A DNA stretch of 64,000 bases from the NCBI RefSeq assembly GCF_963921235.1, contig NC_086097.1:86182001-86246000 (forward strand), given 5' to 3'. Shown here piece after piece: positions 37,955 through 51,127 of this stretch (position 1 is its first letter; every line of letters starts with the position of its first letter). Origin of the DNA: Mobula hypostoma. Taxonomy: Eukaryota. Position numbers and translations under genes: made by a program. The notes beneath the pieces are model-generated. The model had not been told where the DNA came from and did no database searches. It saw only the letters and a list, made by a program, of their open reading frames with translations.

Positions 37955-40100
37955 ATGTTCAAAAGTTCAAAGTTCAATAACCGTAATAGAATCAATGAAG
38001 TGTCACACCACCTTGGTGTAAAACTAGTGTGCAAAAGACAATAAACTGTACAAATTCAAACAAGAAATAATAATAAAAAATAATAATAATTTCAGAAAGC
38101 ATTATTGTACACTTGAATGTGCTTAGATTAACCCTACCTAGGACAGAAGTGGGAAGAGGAATAACAGACATTAAAAATCTACGCAACAGTCAGATAAAAT
38201 TTCAGAGGATATATTTTCACCAGCCAAACAGGATTCAGCACTTCACAGGAGCATATGCAATTTTGATAAGAAGTATATACCACCATACTTAACTAAGAGC
38301 ACAATTCAGAAAAATGAAGAAATCATCATTATTGAAGAAAAAGTTAACCAATGGAAGAGAACGACCCTCCATGGAAGACATCTTCAAGATCTGAGCAAAC
38401 TAGATGTTGACAAGGAAGTGTCGAATATCTGGCTCAGAGTTGGTGACCTCTTCCCAATACTGGACCAGGTGGTTAACACAAAAAAAATATCAAAAATACA
38501 TAATAAAAGACCAGAAAATTCATGATGATAAATGTAGAAAATGTCAAGGAAAACCAGAAACAATCTAACACATTACAGGATCCTATATCAGTTTAACACA
38601 ATCTGATTACTTACAGAGATCCAATCAAGTGGCAAACATCAGTCACTAAAATCTTGCTTTAGAATACAAACTCAAAAAAGAAATCATGCCTTACTATAAA
38701 TACAAACCTGATCCAGTTTTAGAGTTCCACAAATTGTACGACAACTGATCCATTATTGCAGATAGGGCAATCTGTAATAATCATCCAGATATAATATTAC
38801 AGGATAAATAAGCAAGAACATCTTACTTAATAGATATAGCCACTCCAAATACACATAGCTTACAGAAATCAGTAAGTGATGAACACCAGAAATACGCTGA
38901 ATTGAAAGAGGAAATTGAAAGACTTTGGAACATGAACAGGGTATACATTATCTGGATAATAATATCTACAACAAACATCACACCAAAGTCAGTGTTCAAT
39001 GGCATTAAACAATAGGGCAACACAAAATATCTACACAAATCTCCAGAAAGCCGCAATACTGAACACCACTAGAATAGGTTGAAAGTTCCTACTAATTGAG
39101 AAATGAGCATGCTTGGCTACGCCCATGCCTCAGGTTTCATCAGCTTGAGCAGAGAAAAATTGAATAATAATAACAAATAAGCAATAAATATCAAGAATAT
39201 GAGAGAAGTCCTTGAGAACATTTCAGTAATAGGGTAAGAAGTTGAGTGACGTTATCCCCTTTGGTTCAAGAGCCTGATAGTTGAGAGGTAATAACTGTTC
39301 CTGTACCTGGTGGTGTGAATCCTGAGGGTCCTCTACCTTCATCCTGATGGCAGCAGCAAGAAGAGAGCTTGACCTAGGTGATGGGGGTCCCCGATGATGG
39401 GCGTTGCTTTCCTGCAATAATTATCTGTGTAGCTGTACTCAGTGGTGAGGAGGTCTTTACATATGTTAGACTGGGCTGTATACACTACTTTTTGTAGGAT
39501 TTTCATTCAAGAGCATTGGTGTTTCCATACGAGTCTGCGATGCAGCCTGTCAATATACTCTCTACTACACATCTATGGAAGGTAGTCTAAGTTTTAGGTG
39601 TCATACTGAATCTTCACAAATTTCTAAGGAAGTAGAGGCACTATTGTGTTTTCTTTGTAATTGTACTAATGTGCTGGGCTCAGAACAGGTGCTCTGAAAT
39701 GATAACAATGAGAAATTTAAAGTTGCTGAGCCTTTCCACCTCCGAACCCCCACCCCCCAAACCCCCGATGAGGACTGGCTCATGGACTTCCAATTTTCTC
39801 CTCCTCAAGTCTATAATCAGCTCCTTGGGTCTTGCTGACATTAAGTAAGAGGTTGTTGTTGTGGTACCATCAGCTAGATTTTCAATCTCCCTCCTATATG
39901 CAGATTCATCACCATCTTAGATTCAGGCTGTGACAGTGGTGTCATCAACAAACCTGAATATGGTATTGGAGCTGTGCTTAGCCACACAGTCACAAGTGTA
40001 AAGCAAGCAGAACAGGGGACTTGTGGTGCACCTAGGCTGATGCTGATTGGGGAGGAGATGTTGTTTGCAATCTGAACTGACTGGGGTCTGCAAATGAGAA
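37955..40100 (-). mobile_element. Rex1/Babar LINE 3' part split by a Dong-like element
   Basis: Tail (AAAGTTC)n at 37955-37977; body FLICRPQSVQI...GAPQ and FKFL remnants at 39220-40100. Confidence 0.75.
38091..39162 (+). mobile_element. R4/Dong-clade non-LTR retrotransposon 3' part (CCHC plus restriction-like endonuclease) in a (TAA)n tract
   Basis: CRKCQGKPETI*HITGS (38533); NNHPDIILQDK*ARTSYLIDIATPN...KYAELKEEIERLW (PD..D RLE motif, ~38775-38930); TAA repeats on both flanks. Confidence 0.85.
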
Positions 40101-41239
40101 AATTGTTGCTGCCATCAGGAAGAAGATACAGAAGCCTCAAGAATCACACCACCAGGGAATATACGTGGTGGAACTTGGTCTAAGCAGATTGTGTATAGCA
40201 GATTTTTTCAGGCTACTTCTAGTGGGAAATGGAGAACAGCAAGTAATACATTAATGGTATTACTGAGGTGAACAGATTTTTTGGTGAAAGGTATTTAACT
40301 CATTATTATCCATTATCCTCTGAGCACACCAGCCAGCAAGGATGATCAGAGTTGGCTTGTGAACACAGACAGAACTTTGGTTCAAAATGCTAGTCAGATT
40401 GCAGCGATGCAGACCTGAATAGAAATTATCCTCTAACTTGTGTTATCAAGTGGATAAAGCCTAGACTAAGAATAATGAGAACTTAAACCTGTCATACTTT
40501 TACATATTTTTGAAGATAAAATCTCCAGCATTTTGATATTGACTAGCTGGTTATTTCATAATTGATCAAAATGATTGGATCAGCAACCATTTGTTATTAA
40601 GCTTCGGATGAAAGTGAAGATAGGGAAGCGTAATATGAATTATAATGGAATGATGTGAGGAATGGTTAGACAAAGGAAAGCTGTGTTTTCATGGACATAT
40701 AAGCCATCAGTCATTTGAAATCAACCAGATCTAGATCATATTCTTCTTTCACGAGGCAGTAATGTGAGAATGACAACAAAGGGGCACCTTCCACATTTAG
40801 CGACTGTTGAAAGCAGAAAGCATCAAGGACAGACACAAGCTCAACGAAAGGTCACCAGCAGACAATTTAGCACAGGTTGTTGCATGGAGACAGGAATCAG
40901 AAGCACTTGCTGATTCTTTGTTTCCTGGCCCAAAAGCAGTGTTCATTCTACTACAACCCATTTAGCCTAGCTGGCTCAGCATATGATGGACACAGAGAGT
41001 GAAGCTTTCATGTATCTGTGACTCACCCAGCTACTTATTCAATTAACTCAGACAGCAAGGACTCTTCTGTCAGCAGTTTTGTACCAGGATTAAGAAATTA
41101 GAAGACAGAAAAATAACTTTATAAAATGCCATTGAATTTTAAATAAAGTTGTTTTGACTCTCTTCTTTGAGATGATCATTTCCTGTCAGTTTTATGGCAC
41201 CAATGTCACCTGACATTGTCACAGTTGTCAAGCACGGAG

Positions 41240-41880
41240 TGTTTTCACAGGAAAGCAGCATCCATCATCAGGGACACCTACCACCTAGGTCATGCTCTCT
41301 TTCACTGCTGCCGTCAGGAGGAAGGTACAGGAGCCTTAGGACTCATTATCAGGTTCGAGAACAGTTATTATCTTCCAACCATCAGGCTCTTGAGCTAACA
41401 TAAGAGCATAAGAAATAGGAGCAGGAGTAGGCCATCTGGCCCGTCGAGCTTGCTCCACCATTCAATAAGATCAAGGCTGATCTGACTATGGACTCATCTC
41501 CACCTACTTGCCTTTTCCCCATAACCCTTAATTCCCCTTTTATGCAAAAATCTATCCAACCTTGTCTTAAATATATTTACTGAGGTAGCCTCCACTGCTA
41601 AAGGAGATAACTTCATTCAACTTCACTTGCCCCATCATTCCTACCACCTATGGACTCACTTTTAAGGAGTTTTCATCTTATGTTCTTGATATTTATTGCT
41701 TATTTATTTATTATTATTGTTTTTTTCTCTTTTTGTATTTGCACACTGGCTGAACGGCCGGTTGGTGCCGTCTTTCATTGATTCTATTACGGTTATTATT
41801 CTAATATGGATTTATTGAGTATTCCAGCGAGAACATGAATCTCAGGGTTGTATATAGTGACATGTATGTACCTTGATACT
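41240..41880 (+). mobile_element. Rex1/Babar 3' end with CR1 tail inserted at 41398-41600 (minus)
   Basis: KAASIIRD..HLGHALFSLLPSGGRYRSL; 3' UTR ATGAATCTCAGGGTTGTATATAGTGAC. Confidence 0.75.
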
Positions 41881-41884
41881 TATC

Positions 41885-42500
41885 AGACCAAGCCAGATGT
41901 TGTCTGGATGTATAATATGCAGTCATGGGCTGGTCCATTTGTCACTGCCAACCAAGCGAGTTTGATGAGTTCTGGCAATGAGACATTCTGGGCAGTTTAC
42001 TCAGGGTTCAAACCCACCATAGCCCTCGAGTCCCTGTCCTACAGTGTCTGCAGGACATTCCATGCTGACAGCTTCTTGATGCACAGATGTTTGCTTGGAA
42101 GAACTCTTCCACAAAGGGCAGGTAGTGTGGTTACCTTCAGGAATTGGGATGTTGTATAGCTTTAGTGTGCAAACATCAGCAAATATCTCTGTTTCTGACT
42201 TCATGATAGGAGGAAGTACCATCGATGGTGCAGCAAATATCTCTGTCACTGACCTTATGATGGGAGGAAGGTCGTTGACAGTGCCTATGACAGGTCCTAT
42301 GGAATTCCTGCAGTGATGTCCTGTGGCTCGGATGCTTGATTCTCAGCAATTGCAATAATCTTCCTTTATATGAGGTATGACTCCAACCAGTAAAGTGCTT
42401 TCCCTTTGATAACATTGACTTCAATTAGATCAGGGTTCCTTGATACTGCACTCAGTAAAATGCTTTGGTTTGGACCAAAGCTTTGATGAGAGCAATATTC
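41885..42500 (-). mobile_element. Ancient CR1-type RT fragment
   Basis: IFADVCT (FADD remnant); same family as 9945-10398; short direct repeat CAGCAAATATCTCTGT..CTGAC..ATGAT.GGAGGAAG at ~42177 and ~42230. Confidence 0.55.
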
Positions 42501-42592
42501 TCAATATAGTAATAGAATAATTATGTTGGCTTGAAATCTAGGTCCTGAAAATCCCCGTGCATGTCACGTTATACAAATTAGACTGTAGCTGA

Positions 42593-43444
42593 CGCATCAC
42601 GGTGAAGGTCCAGAACCTCCAGGCAGTCAACAACTTCACCTACCTGGGCAGCATACTCTCTCGCGCAGTGAAGATAGACGCTGAGGTCAACAACAGGATT
42701 GCCAAAGCCAGTGCCGCCTTTGGGAGACTCTGTGAGAACGTCTGGGAGCGGAGAGGACTCAGCCTTACCACCAAGCTGAAGGTCTACTGTGCAGTGGTCC
42801 TTACCACCCTCCTTTACGCCAGCGAGACCTGGACTGTCTACAGCAGACACGCCAAACAGCTCAACCACTTTCACCTGAGCTGTCTCCGCAGACTCCTCCA
42901 CATCAGGTGGCAGGACAAAGTCCCCGACACGGAAATCCTGGAACGAGCTGGGCTCTGCAGCATCTACACCCTCCTGCTGAAAGCCCAAGCCAGGTGGGCT
43001 GGACATGTGGTCAGAATGCCAGACAGCCGATTGCCTAAGCAGCTGCTGTATTGAGAACTGTATCAGGTCAAGCGCTCAGTCGGGGGGAAGAAGAAACGTT
43101 ACAAAGACTGCCTGAAAGCATCCCTCAAAGGCCTGGGTGTCGACATCAACACGTGGGAGACGCTTGCCCTCGACCGTCCAGCTTGGCGCAGCAAGATCAC
43201 CACAGGAGCCCGTGCAGCTGAAGTCAGGTGCATCATCGAGGCGCAACGAAAGCGTGCTGTGCGCAAAACCCGAGCAGCATCCACTGCCACGACAGCACCC
43301 ACCCACTTGTGTCCCACATGTGGGCGAGCCTCCAGGGCCCGGATTGGCCTCATCAGTCACCTCGGGACCCACAGCCACCAATCTCCCATTTGACTTTGAA
43401 GCCATGGTCATCTTCGACTACGAAGGACGAACAACAACAACAAG
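42593..43444 (+). mobile_element. Young RTE-clade LINE, 5'-truncated
   Basis: FTYLGSILS, RIAKASAAFGRL, KLKVYCAVV, LLYASETW, RWAGHVVRM, CPTCGR..GLISHL; tail GACGAACAACAACAACAA; possible TSD AGCTGA (42587 / 43443). Confidence 0.93.
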
Positions 43445-44699
43445 CTGATAAATAATTGAAATACAGTATATTGGAGACTAAATTGGATAGCCTTGAAAGC
43501 AGACATGGACATCAGAATGAATCATTATTTCCTGATTCTTCAATGTAGGGCAGGCAGGCTGTAACTTAATTCAATTCAATTCAAGTTTAATTGTGATTTA
43601 ACCATGCATAAATACAGATGAATACAGCCAACTGAGACAGCATTACGATGGGGTCAAGGTGCAAAGACACATTACCAACAGTCACACACAAGATCACAAT
43701 CACGTAATAAGAGTCCCAAGACCCACCTCCCCCCTCTCCATGCTACACCTCATCTTGATGCATACATGTCAACAAACCCACACAGAATATCAGTGAAAAA
43801 TACAATGATGCAGAATATGAATATATAGAGTCCAGGCCCCCCCAGTCCACCGATATCATCTATCCACTGGATCCTGATACCTGACTCCAGCTAGATGAAT
43901 CCTTCGCTTTGAGGCCCAGTCCTCGCATATACAAGCACATATAGAATATTAGTAAAAACACAACCAGACAAATATATATGGATATAGTCCAGACCCCTCA
44001 GCCCATTTTAAATCTTCAGTCGCCACGAATGGGCAACGCTGCCTTCCGGTAGATCGCGATGGTTCAAACGCCTCATCTCCAGCGATGAAAGCAAGAGATC
44101 CTGCAGCTTGAGAGCTGAGTCAACTGAGTACTCCTACGATGCTTCCCGTCCTTACAATTCTTTCTGTTTACAGAGAACTACGTTTAATGAATGCATGCGG
44201 CAGCATTACCTGCACTATTTAAATCTAGAATGCATCTCTGATAAAGAAAATGTTCACTGTGGCTCAACTAGGTTCTACAAGTAATTGCGGCCTGGAAAGA
44301 GCTAAGTATGAATGACCAAGGGAAAATATAGGAGAGGTTCTCTGGAATTGCTCATGAGATCTAGGTGGAGGAGGTGGAAAGAAGACTGCTACTGCCTGTC
44401 ATCCCACTTTCTGTAGACTTCATAGACACCAATGGAAAACATGAGAAACATGTATAATTGCAGCAGCAGACAGAATAAACAAACTAACTTGAAAGTATTT
44501 GATGACCTCTTGCAGACTAACTTCTAAGACCGAGAGATGATCGCAATGCAGCATACAAGTTTCTTATGGAGAGTGTAGATGCTCAAAAGTTCTTTCCTCT
44601 GGCTGGATATGAGCTAAGGGTCCGAGACCCACCTCTCCCTCTCCTTCCTTACTTTGTGTGGAATGCCCTACTCCAAAGGACAGTGGATGCTCAGTCATT

Positions 44700-44830
44700 G
44701 AGTATATATTATGTATGTACTGTACGTATGCATATATGTGTGTACTGTATGTATGCATGTATGCGTGTTCTGTATGTATGCATATATGCATGTATTGGAT
44801 GCATGTATGTATTCATTTATTAATTCATTC
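44700..44830. repeat. Degenerate (TATG)n/(TTCA)n low-complexity tract
   Basis: Direct inspection. Confidence 0.8.
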
Positions 44831-45060
44831 AGAGATACAGCACAGTACATACCCTTCCAGCCCATCAAGCCTGCACCTCTGAATTATACCCATGTAACCA
44901 ATTAACCTACTAACCAGTCTTTGGAATGTAGGAGGAAACCGGAGCACCCGGGGGAAACCCAAGTAGTCACGGGAAGAATGTACATGCTCCTTACAGATAC
45001 TGGTGGAATTGAACCAGGGTCATGTTGCAGTGTTGTAACATTATGCTAACTGCCCCACGA
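44815..45060 (-). mobile_element. V-SINE/HE1-like SINE
   Basis: GGAGGAAACCGGAGCACCCGGGGGAAACCCA...CTCCTTACAG...GGAATTGAACC. Confidence 0.8.
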
Positions 45061-48000
45061 TTGTTCAAGACTGAGATCTAAAGGCTGTTCAATGCCAAGA
45101 GGTTCAAGGGATATGGAGATTTGAAAGATAATGGATTTGAGATAATAGGATTAGCTGCGAGTTTATCAAATAATTTAGCAGGCTTAAGTGGCATTAAAGC
45201 CTTCACCTATTCTTACTTCTTAGGTCTAATGATGTGCTGACATCTTTTTTTATCTGAGATGTGCACATTCACACCATTTAGAAATGGCAAGACACCAGAA
45301 AATAGGAATAGTGGAGCAATTTGACCCATCAAGCCTGGCCTGCCATTCGATATGCTTGCTGCTGATCAGAAGAGGAGATGATTCTCCGGTCTCATTGCCT
45401 CTTCCGCATTGGTTCCCCAAAGCTCGTGATGCCCTGATCTTTCAAAGATTTTCTACTTCCTCTTTAAATACCATGGATGATCTGGACTTCGTAATCAACC
45501 ATGGCAGAAAAATCTAGAGATTCACCACTCTGTTTGTGTTATTTGAAAGCAAAAAGATGGAGCCAGGAATATTGTATCTAACTTTATTTTTACATTAAGC
45601 GAGGCACACACATATGATGTGATAGTGTGATGACGTATGACATTCCCATACTTTTACATATAACCCATAATGCACTATGTAAGCAGCAAAGAATGTTTAT
45701 TCAAACAAAATGTGTACAATATTAGTCAAATATTAAATACATAACACTCCTACCTGTTTAACTATGAACTCCCAACTCAACATAGAATGCATCTCAACTT
45801 GTATACATGCGTATACACCCTAACCCTAACCTTCATATAAAATGCAACTACTGTATAGACATCCACAGCATAATAATTTTTAAATTGTCCCATCAGGCCT
45901 AAAGATTTAATCACTGTTGACAATTTCTTACTCTTGTGGAATAATGTCTTTCCTGACAGTGGGGAGTGTGAGCATGGTAGATCGCTCTGCTTGACAGGAG
46001 AGACTTGAGGCTGTGAAATAATCTCAGGTTCTGGGGCCTCCTCTATGGTGGCTGTAAGAGTTAACTCTGGGACTGCAGGAAATGGTTCTGACAGCTCTGG
46101 ATACGATTCGTTTGGACATGTTGGTATCCCGAACAGTTCATAGCAGCTTCATGGATGAGGTGTGATTCATAATTTGTGAATACAGTGTCTAACATCACCG
46201 TTTCTTTACCTTTTTGAAAATCTACCTCACACTGCTTTGTCCATTGCCATTTCTTCCTGATCTGTAGGAATGAGTTCAAGGGGTGGAGCATGGAAGCCAA
46301 GTTTGGCAAGAACCTGTTATAGTAAATGACAAATCCTAAAAAAGGACTACAACTCTGACATGTCCTTTGGCTTTGTGGCATCCACAACTGCTTGAATTTT
46401 CTCAGCATACTTGTGTAATCCTTGTGCATCAATGGTGTGACTACAGTAAGTGATGCTTCGTTTAAAAAAATTCACACCTGTTGTATTGTGCTCTGAGCTT
46501 AGAATCTTCTAATCTTTTCACTGGTTTGACATTTTTGAGATGCTCTTTGTCATCCTTAGTGGTAACAATGTTGTCATCCTGATAACTCTGAGTGCCTGGG
46601 CCGCCTTGTAGCACCTGGTCTATAGCTTTCTGCCCAAGAGCAGGTGCAGATGCTACCCCAATAATCAGTCTATTATAATGATAAAGCCCTTTGTGAGTGT
46701 TTATCTCCATCAATAAGTAGGCTTCAGCTAAGTCCACTTTGCTGAGGTGTTTTCCCCTAGAAAGCTTTGCAAAGATATCCTCTATCTTGGGCAGAGGGTA
46801 TTAATCTATTTTCATACGTGGTTGTTGGCGACCTTAAGATCACCACAGATCCTGACAGACCCATTCTTCTCGGCTATTTTCACCACTGGTGTTGCCATAG
46901 GCTCCATTCAACCTTGGAAAGTATCCCTTTGGTTTCTGTGCAATCTTGCTCACTAGTTACTTTGCACAGATGGCATAAGGAACAGGATGGGTTTTGTAAA
47001 ACTTGGGTTTGACACTCTTATTTAGTAATCTTTTACCCTTGATATGTTTGAGTTTTCCAGTGCTATACTTGAAGACTGCTGTGGCATAATCCAGTACTGT
47101 ACAGTTCTTAATTCACTTTCAGTTGACTCTATTGCAGGGGATGTGGCATACAAATGGTGGATGGATCTCCAATCAAGTTTAGTGGTCTCAGCCAGTCATG
47201 TCCCCACAATGCTGGCCTTCTTGTTTTTACCACATACAAGCCCTATGTAGCTTGTTGGTTGTTGTATTTCATAGCTACAAATGTCATTACCACTGGAGTT
47301 ATCTTTTTTCCAGTGTAAGTTCTTAGTTTGATAACTGCAGGCTTCAGTTCAGAAATGCTGCTCAAATTCATTTTGCAGAATGACTAAAACAGCCGAGCCA
47401 GTGCCCAGTTCCATTTTAATTAATTTGCTGTCTACTTCTGGCGTAAGCTATTTGGTTGCCTGTTGTTAATTTTCACATCTTACATCTCAAGGCTACTCAG
47501 TACTGTGTCAGTCTCATCATTATCAGAATTTTCATCAACAATATGCAGATTAATGCTCTTCTTGAAAATGCAACTTGATTTATTATCTTTTGCTTTGATC
47601 TGTGCAGTTCACATTTTTTGTCTGCCCAGCATGCTCTTTGTATATGTCTTACTATGTTGCATTATTGGAAATGTTCACATTTAAACCTGGTGTATTTGTG
47701 CCCCTGCCACAATGGTAACACAACTTTTTCAACCAGGCAGGTGTACATTTCAACATTGATATTTTGTTGACTTTCATTCCTGACTGTAACTCAATTGTGT
47801 CTCTGTCTGCTCTTTCCATTGATACAGCTATTTCAACTGCGGTCTTAAATATAAGTTGTGTTTTAGTTAGGAGCCACTTCTTAATGCTTTCCTGGAAGAT
47901 TCCACACACTAAACAACCTCTCAGTGTCTCATTAAGCCCATTGCTGAACTTACAATGCTCAGACAACTCTTCAATTCAGCTACGTACACTGAAATGGACT

Positions 48001-48342
48001 CCCTTCCTTCTGATTCCACTTATGAAACCTAAAGTATTCTGCAATCAACAATAGTTTCAGTTCTAAGTGTACCTGTGTTACTTTCACAATATCAGCAAAG
48101 CTCATTTCAACTGGTTTGCTTGGAGCAATCAAACTTTAAGCAAATTTATGCCTTTAAACTCAACGTACTCAGCGAAACTGGCACTTGTTTCTTATTGGCT
48201 ATTTCATCTGCTTTAAAATGCTGCCTAATTCACTCAGTATGCAGAATCCAGCTATCTCTTCTGCAATTGAACATATTAATCTTTCTGATGTAGCCAGCCA
48301 TTTCTATTCTTTCTATTATTTTAGATTTATGATTATTATCAT

Positions 48343-51127
48343 AAAAGCTGCAAGTTTTTTGACAGGAGTTGTTGATTGGAGTACTGTGCAGATGCAACAG
48401 AAGCATTCCCACACAGGACTGAAAAAGATTTTCGACGGGAAGCCCACTCTCTATAGAAGAGAGGTACCACCTACCGGGGCAGTCATCATGGGAAGGGTTG
48501 CCATCGGAGTAGTCTGAGACAGAGTAGGAAGGATTTGGCTCAAACAGGGCTTCAGTGAGAACAGGTGGAGTCCAGGTAAGTTCATTCCTTATTTCTTATT
48601 CAACTCTAGAGAAAACAGGGGGCATGTCTACAGAGCTGGTGTTCTGTTCTGGCTGTCCGATGTGGGATTTCCAGGAGACTCCCAGCCTCCCCAATGGCCC
48701 CACCTGCACCAGGTGAATCGAGATGCAGCTCCTTAGAGTCTGAGTTAGGGAACTGGAACTTCAACTCGATGAACTTCAGCTTCTTGGGGAAAGTGAGGCA
48801 GAGATAGATAAATGCTAGAAGGCCACAGGAGACAGATAAATGGGTGACTGTCGAGAGAGGGAAGGGGAAACATCAGATTATGGAGAGCACCCCTGTGGCC
48901 ATCCCTCAATAATAAGTACTCCATTTTGTGTACTGTTGGGGGGATGACCTACCTGTGGGAAGCAACAGCGGCTGTGACTCTGGCACTGAGTCTGGCCCCG
49001 TGGCTCAGAAGGGTAGGGAACTGAAGAGTTACAGCAGTTATAGGGCACTCTACAATCAGAGGGACAGATAGGCGATTCTGTGGATACAAAAAGGAAACAT
49101 GGATGGTAGTTAGATAGAAGGGTTCTTGACGTTTCTGGACGCGTCCACAATATCCTGAGAAGAGAGGGTGAGCAACCAGAAGTTGTGGGTACCAACGACA
49201 TGAGAAGAAAAAAGGAGGAGGTCCTGAAAACAGAATACAGGGGATTAGAAAGGAAGCTGAGAAGCAGGACCTCAAGGGAAGTAATCTCTGGATTACTGCC
49301 TGTGTCACGCGACATTGAGGATAGCAATAGAATGAGGTGGCAGATAAATGCATGGCTGAAGAATTGGGGCGGGGGGTAGGGATGCAGATTTCTGGATAAC
49401 TCGGACTTCTTCTGGGGCAGGTGGGACATGTACAAAAGGGACAGGTTGCACTTGAATCCGAGGGGGAGCATTATTCTTGCGGGCAGATTTACTCGAGCTG
49501 TTGGGAGCAGTTTAAACTACTATGGCAGAGGATGGGAACCAGAATGACAGAGCTGAGGATGAGCCAGCAGGTTTACTAGTAGATTATGGGTGCAACATGA
49601 AAGGACAAGCCAATGATTGGGTACAAATATGGACAGAAAAAAAGAGTTAAATTTAAAAGTGTGAAGAACATAGGACTGAAGGTGCTGTATTTAAAAGTAC
49701 GTAGCATTTAGAATAAGGTGGATGAACTCGAGGCACAATTAAAGATTGGTCGGTATGACGTTGTGGGCATCACTGTGTCGTGGCTGAACAAATTAGACTT
49801 AGACAAATTGGAAGACTGGGCAGAAAAGTGGCAGATGGAATACAGTGTTGGCAAATGTATTATAATACATTTTGGTAAAAGGAACAATAGTGTAGACTAT
49901 TATTTAAATGGGGAGAAGGTTTAAGCAAGAGAGGTGCAGAGGGATTTAGGAGTCCTCATGCAAGACTCTCAGAAGGTTAATTTACAGCTTGAGTTTGTAG
50001 TAAAGAAGACAAATGTAATATTGGCATTTATAGAATATACGAGGGGTGATTGATAAGTTTGTGGCCTAAGGTAGACGGAGTCAATTTTAGAAAACCTGGT
50101 ATATTTATTTCCCTACATTTACACTCTTAGTCCAGCGGTCATGGAGCATACGGATCTCTTCTTTGTAGAAGTTGGTGTCTTGGGCCTCCAGGAGTGGTCC
50201 ACAGCAGGGTGAATGATAAGTTTGTGGCCGAAGGTAGAAGGAGATGAGTTATTAACTTCAAGTTTTCTGCATTTTCACTCAAAGAGTTGAACTGCACGTG
50301 AATGTAATGAGAGCTGTATAACTCATCTCCTTCTACCTTAGGCCACAAACTTATCAATCACCCCTGCTGTGAACCACTTCTACAAAGAAGGGATCCATAT
50401 GCTCCACGACCGCTGGAGTAAGAGTGGACATGTAGGAGAGGACTATGTTGAAAAATAAGTGTGCTAGGTTTTCTATTTTGACTCCTTCCACCTTCGGCCA
50501 TGAACTTATCAATCACCCCTTGTAAAAGCAAGGAGATAATACTGAGGCTTTATAAGACACTGGTCAGGCCACACTTGGAGTATTGTCAACAGTTTTGAGC
50601 CCCATGTCTCAGAAAGGCTGTGTTGTCATTGGAGAGAGTCCAGAGGAGGTTCACAAGGATGATTCCAGGAATGAAGGGTTACCATATGAAGAGTGTTTGA
50701 CAGCTCTGGGCCTGTACTCACTGGTTCTTAGAAGAATGAAGGGGGGATCTTTTTGAAAACTACTGAATGTTGAAAGGACTAGATAGGGTGGATGTGGAGG
50801 GGATGTTTCCTATGGTGGGGGTATCCAGAACTAGAGGGCATAGCCTCAAAATTGATGGCAACCTTTTAGAACAGAAGTAAGGAGACATTTTTGAAAACCA
50901 GAGAGTAGCTAATCTGTGGAATGCTCTGCCACAGTCTTTGGTGGAGGCCAAGTCTGTGCGTATATTTAAGGTGGAAATTGATTGTTTCCTGATTGGTCGG
51001 GGCATCAAAGGATATGGGGAGAAGGCAGATTATGGGGTTGAGTGGGATCAGCCATGATGGAATGGCAGAGCAGACTCAATGGGTTAAATGGCCTAATTCT
51101 GCTCCTATCTCTTATGGCCTTATGGTC
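48343..51127 (+). mobile_element. CR1 LINE with 5' UTR/ORF1 and large internal ORF2 deletion, inserted in the Gypsy leader
   Basis: ORF1 AVIGHS, GTND, DRLHLN; EN start YDVVGITVSWL fused at ~49790 to post-RT LDKLEDWAEKWQM; tail (TCTTATGG)n; TTATCAT on both flanks. Confidence 0.88.
50040..50522. mobile_element. Mariner-derived palindromic MITE with four TIR copies
   Basis: TA|CGAGGGGTGATTGATAAGTTTGTGGCCTAAGGTAG ... CTTATCAATCACCCCTTG|TA; inner TIR pair 50205-50366; transposase C-terminus FYKEGIHMLHDRWSKSGHVGEDYVEK* at 50378-50458 and its inverted copy on the left. Confidence 0.9.

Noticed and set aside
40879..40891. RFX X-box-like motif GTTGCATGGAGAC
   Set aside because: Single imperfect motif, expected by chance in 64 kb.
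43780..44005. ~160-bp-period degenerate duplication (AGAATAT.AGT.AAAA...AGTCCAG.CCCC)
   Set aside because: Only two diverged units, probably internal to an unclassified repeat adjoining a LINE tail.
44174..44280. Possible + strand exon RTTFNECMRQHYLHYL...
   Set aside because: Good acceptor but weak donor and no recognisable peptide.
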